DNA from: Amoebophrya sp. A120
Lineage: Eukaryota; Protista; Dinoflagellata
Direction of reading: 5' to 3'
DNA: 64,000 nucleotides
NCBI GenBank assembly: GCA_905178155.1
Contig: CAJINV010000004.1
Span: 938,629-1,002,628 of the forward strand
Shown here: one piece after another, positions 49,401 to 60,500 of the stretch
How the letters are laid out: each line of letters opens with the position of its first letter
How positions within the stretch are numbered: the stretch's first letter is position 1
Translations under genes and position numbers: made by a program
Notes under the pieces: generated by a model
Database searches by the model: none
Told to the model about the DNA's origin: nothing
The model's input: only the letters and a program-made list of their open reading frames with translations

Positions 49401-50548
49401 TTTTGCACATTGCTGTTGCCAGTACTGTAGAAGTCCTCGTCTCCTGCTACGCCCCGGTCCTTCGCCCGAGTGCCCGGAATGAAGAACGAGCGGAGGTTTT
49501 TCGCGGAAGCTGCCGCTGCTCCACCCGGAGACGCCGCCCGCTTCGCCTTCTGCTTCGGATAAGCAACTGTAGACTCCAGGACGCGGCTGAACCTGTTGTT
49601 TTCAATTTATCTTTCGGTGGACGTGGAGGACAGAGCTTTGGTTTTATGTTAGTTTCGTGCTGTTGGACCTTGTTTCTTTCTAGGTCTACCTCTACTGAAG
49701 GAGCGGCGTCTCAATATAGGCGGCAAAGAAAAATATTTCATTTGATATTTCTACTCGGCGTCGGTTGCCCCTGCGTTGCCTCTCGGGGTGAAAAAATATC
49801 TGTCATGAACTACGCTAGAGCGATTCTTTTCGTACCTGTTTCCGTCCTTATTGCGCACCGTGCTCGTGTTTCCGAAGAAGCCCAGCACGCGGCCCGTGTT
49901 TCGCATCAGAAACGTCCCCCGGGGACCGTTTTTGTGCAGCTTCGCGAGTTCTTGCAGACAGAGATTCAACTGGCAGGACTTTCCGCTGCCACTAGTACCC
50001 TGGAACAGCAGCGCGGAATAGCTGGCGTTCATCGCTGCACCAGAGCTGCCGGCGAGCGGGGAAGAACTGCCGGGCCGCACCGTGCCCACCGCCTTCATCA
50101 AAAAGGCGTTCAGGATCCGGTCTGGAACGATCACCGGGTCCGTGAACGGGTTGAGAAACACTAAAGTGTTCTTGCCGCAGTTGGTGTAGCACAGCCCCGC
50201 CTCCAGCCGCTTCTTCAGGTAGTGCTGCGTCAACGCGTTGGACTGGATGAGCACGTCAAAAGCCGGGTTGGTTACCGCCAGCTGCTCCTCCTGCTGGTTA
50301 TACTCGGACACCTCTTCGGCGAAAAATTTCCGGATTTGCAGGTCCTTTTCTCCGGTCTTACCCTGGTTCCGGTTCTCCCGAATGGCCGCGTCGGAGTGAA
50401 TGTGCTCCCCGCCCATGCTCACCGTGTAGATGATCTTGCCCTTGTTGGTCTCTGTAATGTCCAGCACCTCCGCCAGCGTAAACCGGTTCGGGTGCTTGCC
50501 CGGCACCCACGCGAACCGCTTGCCCTGCATCGCGGACGGTGCAGACAT
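43409..50548 (-). CDS. Divergent myosin heavy chain (motor domain, one IQ motif, helical tail)
   Basis: CYTNCGKNTLVFLNPF; P-loop GTSGSGKS; FGNTSTVRNKDGNR; switch II DAFGFE followed by NTLDQFLKNY; FLIAHYAG; CVKPN; VGKTHVFLR; IQALVRGMLVRK; tail ends GKGKGKGF...RM stop; six introners plus GT-AG introns. Confidence 0.9.
43495..43875. mobile_element. Introner family C
   Basis: TATCGCAAGGAAAAATTCCCCCGCCCCATAT...ATATGGGGAGGGGGATTTTTCCTTTTGATA; DR AATTT/GATTT. Confidence 0.9.
44094..44299. mobile_element. Introner family E
   Basis: TATCCAAGAAAAAAAACACCATCACAATCAC with a matching inverted end; perfect DR CCCGT. Confidence 0.92.
44341..44654. mobile_element. Introner family C
   Basis: TATCAAGAAGAAAAATCCCCCCTCCCC...GGGGCAATTTTCGTTTTGATA; perfect DR CGCAA. 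Confidence 0.9.
45293..45535. mobile_element. Introner family D
   Basis: TATGGCGTTCTCAAATGTTACATT...AATGTAACAATTGAGAATCCCATA; perfect DR TGCCG. Confidence 0.92.
46258..46422. mobile_element. Introner family A
   Basis: TATGAACTGCAAAAGTATC at both ends; perfect DR TTTCG. Confidence 0.93.
46478..46738. mobile_element. Introner family B
   Basis: TATGCATTGCAAATATGTCTGGG...CCCAGACATTTTTGCATTTGATA; DR GCGCC/GCGCT. Confidence 0.92.
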
Positions 50549-51598
50549 TTCAGGATATATATTTTTTAACAGGAATTATCTGCTCTGAGATGGGTTCCAG
50601 CTCTGAAAAAAAGAAACGGGGGATAAAAAAAGGGTGGTCAACACTTGTTATACACTGACTATCTTTTGTAACGCGGATTTAATGACGAAAATGAATCAGT
50701 GAGAAAAGTATTTTGATTTTTGAGCGCTTTCGCTTTGGATCAATGGGTGAACGAAGTACGAGAACGAGACACGACGCGTGACTGATGACGGGGGAGAACG
50801 ATAGAGGTGGAAAACGAAAAGTACGACGACGTTACGAGGTAAATGATGATAATGATATACGAGGTGGACGACCACGTGTCTGAATGTGGGAGCAGCAGGA
50901 GGCACGACGAATGCTATACGCGGTGAGGACGATAGTGTTGGTTTTCGTTTTGTCTTCTTCTTCAATTCACACGACAACGGAACGAGAAAAAGAACACAGG
51001 GATAAGCGGACTGCGTCTCTTTTATCTCAAGAGACCTGCTCCGGGTCGTAAAGCTGTCGGTGTATTACAGTGATTAATCGAACCATAGCTCCTGAGTGGT
51101 ATCATCTTCATCATCATCTGTTGTACGGCATTATTCATTTTGAGTCATCTCATTTTTTCGTGACCACAGGGGGACCACTTCTGTGGAAACATTTTTTCTG
51201 TAGTTTCCGCTTACAACTATGCTCAATTTCATACACTTCTTTGTCTCTCCAGTTGCACTAGTTGTCAATGTCATTCTGATTTCTTTTTCTTGTCTTTGTC
51301 TTTGCTTTCGATGTTACAGTCATTTATAGCGAGCGCAACCAAAATGTAAATGATTGCAGAACTATCTAAGTCTAGCAGTAACTACCTCCACGAGGCACGA
51401 CATACAAATTGAATCACAACGTGCTACCAAAGACGAGACCACGAACTGATCCACCGGTTGTTCAGACATGTAGTGGACGTGGTGAAATCATCTTTTTTAA
51501 TACCAAAATCAGTACCATTACCATCCGTGTCGGTATTCTGTTATTAGCCCTTGCCCTTTTTTCCTTTCCTTTCGCGAGGGCGACGAGAAAGTCCTCGA

Positions 51599-54500
51599 TC
51601 AACTCATGGCCCCCGGGCTAAAGCGGTGAAACACATGCTCCAGGCGCATTTGCGACAACGACGCGCGTAAGTTGGTTGATGTCCCTTGTTGCGTCGTGCT
51701 CATGTTCCTGACCACCTCGCTGTCTTCTTCCTGCTGCTTCTCGTAGCTGTGGAAGAAATCCAAGAGAACCGCAAGATCGAGCAGATTCGTGTTCTTCAAT
51801 TTATTGTTCCGCGCTTCCACCGGTTGTGAAGAGCCATCAACCGGAGTGTAGCTGTCGTTTTCCATGTGGTCCTCCTGTTGCGACATCAACCCCAGTGACG
51901 GAAACTGCAGGCGCAGTTGCAAATTTGTCCCGGTGCCGTTAATGATGCGCACATCCGGGTGCAGTTTTCGCAGTTCTTCGAGGAAATCTTCTAAGACAGC
52001 AACTTCCGCAGCAGAGGTCGTTGTGCCAGCAGTATTTTTGCCAAGTAGACCTCCTGCTCCATTTCGACGGCCCCCAGAGATGAGAGACGTGGACATCGAC
52101 ATGCCTGATAGTGTACTACGAATCTTCTCGCGCTCCACGATGGCCTCATACCCGCCACCGTAGACTTGGCGCAGCCGGTTCACCGAGCCCAGACACCGCC
52201 AGCGTCCCTCCACCTGGATGGCAATGCGGTGACAGAGAAACTCGGCCTCTTCCATACTGTGTGTGGTCAAGATGCACAAGGTTCTGTCCAGTTGCACATA
52301 CTTTTGCAGGCACCTCCACAAATTTCGCTTGGCCACGGCGTCCATTCCCGTAGAGGTATGCACAGAAAAAAACCCATCCACATCCAATTTGTCATGCAAA
52401 ACACGTATCAAGTCATGTGCTTGCCATGCAAAAAATGGATGTGGATGGGTTTTTTTCTGTGGATAAGAGGGCTCGTCGAGAAAAAGCAGCTTCGGCTTTG
52501 ACAAGAGCGCAATCGCCACGCACGTCTTCCGCTTGTTTCCGCCGGAGAGCTGGTAGCACTTCTTGTGCAGGTAGGGCTCCAGGTCCAGCTCTACGATCAA
52601 GCTCTGCATGCGCCGTTTCAGAAAAGACGCGTAGGTCGTTGAGGTAGAACTTGTTGCTCGGGTAGAAGTAGTAGCCGGACGAGCGCGTGAAGATGAAGGC
52701 TCTGTCTGCAGCTCCACTGCTGGAGGTGGTGTTGTACTAAAATCGGCTTCCGCAGCGCGCGTGCTGTTGTTTTGCTTCAAGCGGCGGTAAATGTTGAGGT
52801 TCTCCAAGACCGTCAGCTCGGAGAAGAGCGGCGTATCGAATTGCGGACAGTACCCTATGTATTCGTAGGGGACTTTATCGTGGTCCCGGGACGACGAAGA
52901 GCTCTGCAGCAGTCCGGGCAGGATGTACACTTCGCCCCTCGTCGGGGTTTCCAGGCCCAGCATCATCTTAAACGTTGTTGTCTTTCCCGCGCCGTTGAGA
53001 CCCAGGAGGCCGAAAATTTGGCCGCCTGGTGAAGATCCCGCTGAGCTCGAGGACGAGGCTCTAGTGTTCGTGGTAGTACTTGAACTCGAAGCCGTCGACG
53101 CGGCGCTGGCAGTTGTGGAACTGCCACTGGTCAGGCTTGTCGCAACTTCGTTGTTCGCAGCTCTGTTTTTGAGCGGCCCCACTCCTGCTCCTCCTGCGTC
53201 CAGCGCGCCAAAAAAATCCACACCGCAGACGGCCTTTTTCTCTTGCACCTTGCTCGAAATGCTTCGGTCTAGCGAGTAAAACGTCTTTTCCAGATTGTGC
53301 AATACCAGGTAGGGGTGTGACGAGGATTGTGCCGCACTAGGAACTACATCTTGTTCCCCGCCCTGAAAACCTCCTTGATGGTGCGCCGAGTGTCGAGAAG
53401 AATCTGAATCATCCTCTTGTTGCCCACCTACTTCTAGTGCCCCTGAAGATTGTTGTACTAGTTGCGAGGACCCTGGTGGAGGAGTTCTATCCCGCCCTTG
53501 CTCTGACTGTTCTTGCTGTTGCTCCTCATCTTCTACTGCAATAGATGAAAAATCTCCCCGTTGTCCCGGGTCCTGCCTTTGAAACCAGCCACGAAACAAA
53601 CGGTAATGCAGCCAGTTCTTGACCTTTTTGCGTTCCGCCACGACTTCCTGGTCTTCGTCCTCTGGGATGTTTTTTACTCTGGTGCCCTCATCCTCTTGCT
53701 CGAAGAGAGCAGATTGAGCTTCTCGTTCTCCTTCTAGAAGAACCCGGTTTGTACTACTGACACCACTAGAAGTTGTACTGAGGACATCGTTTTCGTTTCC
53801 CCCAGGTAATTGCGATTGCTTTTGTGGTCCACCTTCTAGGCCGTCCACCGTCGCGCCTGCACTAGAACCAGTTCTTGCACGACTGCTGCTTCTGCTCTCG
53901 TCTCCTTGCACGAAGTTGTCTGCGTAGGCCGGCTGGTGCACGTGGACGAACGCCGGGTTGGTATGAAAGAGTGCGGAACTTCCTCCCATTCCTCGTTGTC
54001 TCCACACCCTAGAGCTACTTCTACGCCGGCCGCCAATGAGCCGGTTCCAGCAGAACCGCTTAACGAATAGCAGACCACGGCAAAACAGCATGGTTGACAG
54101 TTCCAGCAGCTTGCGGAGCAGTCGGGTTAGCAGAAAAAAGCAAAGTGTAAGGCTTCCGGTGCAGAAATAAAGCGGTAACAAACAACATCTTCTCGAGAGG
54201 GACGCGAGTCTGGTCGTTGTTATTTTCATCGCTGGGAATCTTGTTCGTGCAGTAGAGTTTTGGTTTTCATTATCCGTTGTTCTTGCAGCGGCCGTTCCCG
54301 TCGTCATGTTCCAGAGCAGGAGCAAGTACGCGAAAAGCGAGACTGCCAACAAAAGCAGCTCGTCGCCGATGGTCAGGAACTCCGACAAAACGATTTCCAC
54401 TGCGCGGTCGTATATGCACTGCAAAAGTATCGCACTCGTAGTAATCGCAGTTATGCATTACAAATCTATTTCTTAAGGCAAATCCGCACTACAAATTTAA

Positions 54501-57500
54501 TGCTAAGTCAATTTGTAATGCAATTTATACTAGTACGATAATTTTGCAATGCATATCGTACACCCGCTGCAGATTCCCAGTCGCGTCAATCCCGCTGAGC
54601 TGCGCAAAGTAGTGCAACACTTCGGCCCTGTTCAAGTGCAGCTCGATGGGGCTCTGCAAAAAGTGCACGAGTTTCTTTTCAAATAAATCTTGCTCCTCGG
54701 ATAGCGGTGATGTACTACTGGTTGACGAAGCAGAAGTTGTGCCAGCAGCAGTAGAGCTAGCCGCCTCCAACAGAATGTCGCCGAGTTCCCCACGCTCCAC
54801 TAGGTAGTGGAACAGCTCGTCAAATTGTGCGTCTTCGAGGTGGACGACTGGCGGGGCGGGAGGGTTAAGAACTTCTGGGTCGTCCTTATCGTTTTCGTTC
54901 TGGAGGTCAGATGAAGGAGATGAAACTTCCTGTTCTCCATGATGTGGCTCTCCTGTCTTCGTTTCCGCATCCGGATTCGTAGCAGCGTGGTAGTCTGCTT
55001 TATTGGTCCCTTGCTGCGGCCGCGGAGGCCTTTTGTTCTTCGTCATCTTCGCACTAAAAACATCCTCGATCTGGCGCTGCAGGAGCAGTTTCAGGGCAGG
55101 CTTCAGGTGTGCGAATGATATGGACGACCTAGGTGCTGGGCTTGTAGTACTATGCGAAGATGCAGAATCAGACGTACCAGTGCTACTGCCCCCTGCTGCT
55201 GCTGGGATCCAACCCGAACCGCCCGCCTCGTCCTGGTGGGTACTACTTTGTTCTACTCTACTCCCAACAACTTTCTTCCTTTCCCTTACCTTGACCACGT
55301 TTCGCAGCACCTGTCGCACCTTTTGCAGCACGCCTCGGTAGGGCTTGATTGGATCGGCCCCGTGGCAGCAATCCAGGCTCTTTTCGATCGATTGCAGTTT
55401 GATCGTATACAGTTCCTCCTCGCGGTTGTTGTTCACCGGATCCTCTCCTTTCCTCCCCGCCGCCAGAAACTCGCTCATCAACCGGCAACCGATTCTTGGA
55501 TCAGATTCTTGCGAAGAAGTTTTCGTTTTCCCCCAACCGGCTTCCGCTTTATTTTTCTTCCCATCGGAAGATGAAATAGCTCCACCATGATCTTCACTTC
55601 CACGGCCAGCAGCTCCTAGCCGACAAGTGGAAAAAGTGGCGCTTTGCATCACGTGTGGCAAGACAGCATCCATTGGGCGTACCTTGGGCAGTACGAGCTC
55701 ATCCTCGATGCTTGTGCTGGGGGAAGATGAGAGCGATGAATGTGATTGCTCAGCAGATGTTAACCCTACCGAGACAATCTCTTCCAAAAGCGGGAAGGTC
55801 GCAACATGGGTCGACGTTTCAGCGGTTTCATCAGTTGGTGACGTCCTCGCTCCTGCTTTTTCATCAGCATAAAAGACCGCGCTCACCTATGGAATGCAGA
55901 AGTATCGTACTAGTATGAATTGCATTACAAATTTCCTTAGCATTACAGTTGGAATTTGTAATGCGGTTTTGCCTTAGGAAAAATATTTGTAATGCATGAC
56001 TGCAATTACTACGAGTACGATAATTTTGCACAGGATATCACCAGTCCGGGGTTGATCTGCTCCGCGATCCGCAGCATGGAAACTCTATGGATCTGTCAGG
56101 ATTGAAATCGCTAAAGTTTAAATGATTTGTCATGCAAAAAATGCAAGGCATGAAGTGCCTGTCTTGCCGGCATGGCAAGTGAGGCAGATTGTGACCCTAT
56201 TTAGGGTTTGGGATAGAGCTGCCAAAGGAGCATGACAAAAGCAGTCTCCTGTGCCCAAACAGCATGACAAATTGGATTCCGGTGCTCCGAAAGTTTGTCA
56301 TGCGCGGCTTGGAAATCGGTCTTCCAACTGGTACTATCCATTTGATGCATGACAAATCATTTCAACTTTGTCGATTTCAAACCTGACGCTTCCATAAACT
56401 CCGCCGTTGGCGTACACCGAGCTCTTGACAAAGTCCGCCCACTGCAGGAACAGCACCCCCTTGCGAATCGTGAGTTTCAGCACCGCCTGCAAAAACGGGA
56501 AGCTCGGGACCAGCACCCCGCCAATGGTCGCCAGCCCCGCCTTCCAGTAGGCAATCGGGACGGAGAATACCGCCGGGTGTTCCAACTCTTCCAAGTAAAT
56601 CGCCTTCGACCGGTCGCTGTGCTCGCAGTGCTGCTCATTGTCGTTCCAGTGGCAAAAGTAAAACCGGTCCGTGTCGCAGTCCGTTCTTCTGTCGATCCGC
56701 TGACGGCTGAAAGAAAGCGCCGCGAGCGGTTTGTAGTAGCTGCAGACGGTGTCAATGCGGAACTTGTGCGGGTTTTGGGAGTGCGTGAGGGAGAAAATTT
56801 CGAACGAGGTGAGGGAAAACGACACGGCCACGAGGAGGAGACCACCAAAGAAGTGGTAGAAGAACAGAGACAACGCCAGCGTGTCCGAATTGTTGTTGCT
56901 GTTCATGTTGATCCCTGTGTTTTTTGCCCCTGCTGAGGACGCTGCACGACCCCCGGCACCGAATGAGAGTTGTTGTAGCAGTCTCCCAAGGTATCCGGTT
57001 AGTGGATTCACCGTACTAACACTCTCACCATTCCACGAGGTTCTTCGTGTTGTCGCAGCTCTTGTTCCGCCGGCCACTATAGAACAATTGCCGTCCTGTC
57101 CTTGCTCTTCTTCATATACTTCTTCACGACCCGCAGCACGACTTCTACTACTGCTGCCGGTGCCGCCCGAGAACGCCCATGCGCGGCCGGATTCGGAGCC
57201 AACGTAGGCAATGAGTACCGCGACCATGGAGAAGAGAATCGCGAGCAGCAAGAAAAGCAGTCCGTAGAGGTTTGGAGAAAGCACGAGAACAGGCGTAATG
57301 GTGTCACTAGAATTAAAAACATCTTCCTCGGAAGCAGAAGGGCCCAGAGGCGCGGCACTTGATGTTCTCGGTGACGAAGGACCATTCTGAACTGCACTAG
57401 TAGATGCAACTACCGGAAGATGGCTCTTGCTCGTGTTAATGTCCTCTGTGAGTTGGTGTTGCTGCGATGTAGAAGACGCTTGTTCTTCTGGCGACGAAGT

Positions 57501-60500
57501 TCTTGCGGGAATGAAGTAGTTCTTCCTGCTCATGTCTCCTGTGTAGAAGTCCTCAACATCGAGGTCCACTAAGGAAAAAATGTCCACGCCCCCGACCGTG
57601 TAGCCGACGGTGAGGAGCAAGCAGACAAAAGAGAACCAGACGTAGTCGAATACCAGGTTGCCGATCCAGTACTTCTTCAAACTCACGCCGGCCAGCAGGA
57701 TGTGCAGCTTCCACTCCAGCGCGCGCTCGTTTTCGTTGAAGAAGACCACATTGAGGGTGAGCAGTGTCAGGATGAAGAGGTTAAAAACCGAAAGAAACGC
57801 CGCGGAAGGGATGAGCGGCAGAAAAAAATTCTTCAAAATGTGGTCCATGCCGACAGGATGAGCTTGCATATCATTAGCACTTCTGCTGCCAGCATCGCTT
57901 GAAGATGCCTCGTCGTCCAATGCGTTTATTTTTTTTCCGGGAAAAAGTGCGTCCATCGGGAAGACTTGCAGTGTTGGTGGCAGTACCTCCGCCCGAGGAA
58001 AGCTGTGCTGCAATAACGAGCTACTTGTACTTCTACTTGTTCTGAAACTAGTTGACAAAAGTCGTTGCGATGTTGGAAGGACGTCCTCGACGTTGCGGGG
58101 GTCGACATCTCCCCCGGCTATCTTCGTGGCCGCGGCCTTTCTGCTTCTGCTATGTACAACTGACTGCGCATCATGATCCTCGTTTTCGACTTCCGTGGCA
58201 GCAGCTCCAGCCGACCACATGCCTCCTCGTGCAGCTTCTTCCGCTTGTTTTGCTTGTGTCCAGCTAGTGTGAGCTGCAGCTTCGAGGGAGGATTGCAACA
58301 ACTGCAAGGGCGTGCCGATTGGGTTGGTATTAAGGTTGTGGAAGAACGTTGTTTCTGTTACCGTCGTAGGAGTAGGACCACGATCTTTCCCTCCTGCTGA
58401 AGGTCCTTCTTGTCCTGTTCTTTGAGAAACATGCTTAGACAGCACAACTCTCTCTTCTGTCAGCACAGCCACCTGCAAATCCGGGGACTTGGGCGGAAGC
58501 AGGCGGATCCGCGGTGTAGGTTCTCTTGTTTCATCGAAGAAGGACATGAAAGCTCCTCCTGCTCCTGCGCTAGAAGTTGTACTTCTAGAGCTGTGGGCTC
58601 CTTCCGCTGGATACGCAAGCCACGGGCGACCCGGCAAAAACGTGATATAATCCATGAAGTGCTGCGGAGCGGCACGACCTCCGGCATAGTTGTTGGCTTC
58701 TCCTCGTGCAGCTCTTGATCGTTCGTTCTGTGGAGCCCCTGCTCCAGCTCTTTTACGGGAAATTATATCTCCGTTCGTCCGCGCCAGCATACGAAGGACA
58801 TCCCGGTCGCACCCGTTCAGCCACAGGTCTGGAACGTGGTCCAGATACTGTTGCGGAGAAGAACCCCTCGTCGTGTCTCTTTCAATTCCATGATCTCCGC
58901 TGCTGCTAATGTTTTCAACATCACCAGACGAAAGACTATTGCGAGAGAGCTGCGAAAAATCCTTCTCGTCATTCCGAATAATCCAACAATCGGACTCCTC
59001 GTTTCGGTACGCCAGTTGCACAAAATCCGCAGTGTAGGGCCGCAGAGATGACGAGGACGACTGGGAGGACATCGAGGGAGGTGGTCCCTCTTGATGTGCG
59101 AAGGAAGAGAAACTGGAACTAGAACTACTTCTACTACGAGAACCTTCCTGGTATTCATAATTTTGCTCCACCTCCTCGTCGTCGTCCATGTTCTCCCCGG
59201 ATTGAAAAAAACCCTCGCCCGTAGCAGACAACGCTCGTATGCGGAAGATTTTCTTCCGACTAGCACTGGCACCTGGGAGTCGATTCGAAGTACTTTTGAG
59301 CGTCGTCCCTCCGAATAGTGCCGCGAAACGACCCACCGCGGGGTAGTAAGTAGAGGACCCATCTGCTTTATTCCCTTCTGTCGTCGCGGACTCGGTCTGC
59401 TCATCAAGAAGTTGTTGTGCTGGCGCTTCTTCATTTTTTCCTCCTTCGCCCACCATTATGTTGCCACTGCTCTCGTGCATCAGACCGCCCGACACCGGAA
59501 CATCCAGCCCGACCTGTTTTTCCCCCAAAACTTTTCCGTAGAATTTGTTCTGCGGCTTGACCACTCTCGCACTGCTGGAGCTACCCAGTTCGTAGAGCCG
59601 CTGGCGGATGAGTTTGTTTGTCCACAGCTCATTGTCCGCGTGTTGGAAAAAGGCCTTCGCCTCATAGAAGTCGGTTTGCAGCAGTTCCTCGTACTTTTTT
59701 TCCAAAAAAAACCGCAGGCCGTCGTGAAAAACATTGAAGCCGATAAGTGTGAACAGATTCTCAAGCAGCGCGTGCTGCGTGTCATCGAGGTTGTAGTGCG
59801 CAAGCGGGTCTTGTTGTTGTTCCGTGTGTTCTTGAGAAGAAGAGGTGGTGCTGGGGGTACTAGTCGTTTCAGTTTGTCCGACCACACGATTAGAATTATG
59901 GTCGTCGTGTGCAACCACGTCGACAAACAGCATACTGGGACTGCGCAACAGCAAAAGACGGAGCTGTGTGTATGAGGAGCTTCCGGCGCTTGGTGCGATG
60001 GAAAACTGTGTCTGTGGCTTATCGTCACTTGTACTCGTGGTCTTTGTGCGAAGAAGATCAGTGACAGTACTCCGCTCCAACTTCGAAGCCAACTTCTGTT
60101 TTTCCTCCGCCAGGAAAAATGTCACCGGTAGTTGCGTTGGAACCGCAACCGGTGCAAGTAGAACCGGTGATCCGTCGGTGGTCCTCGCCCTTGCTACAAC
60201 AATATTGAATCTCTTCTTCACCTGTTCCCAAGAAGGCAAGAATTCTTCGTGGAAGAACCTTCGCCGGGCCAACTTTTTCTCCGCATCGAGCAGATCCATG
60301 CGTCGCTCGAGTTCCGGTAGCAGGACCGTGGTCAAGTCGTGCGGAATATCAAATGCAAAAATGTCTGGGTCTGGAAGGAAGCGAACTTGTGATGCGCATT
60401 GCACAACATAGACAAATCTCTCATGTATAGGCAGCAAAAGGCGCCCATTTCCTGTCACCAAAATGGGGGATTTGTCATGCGGATTAAGCAAAGCGGAAGC

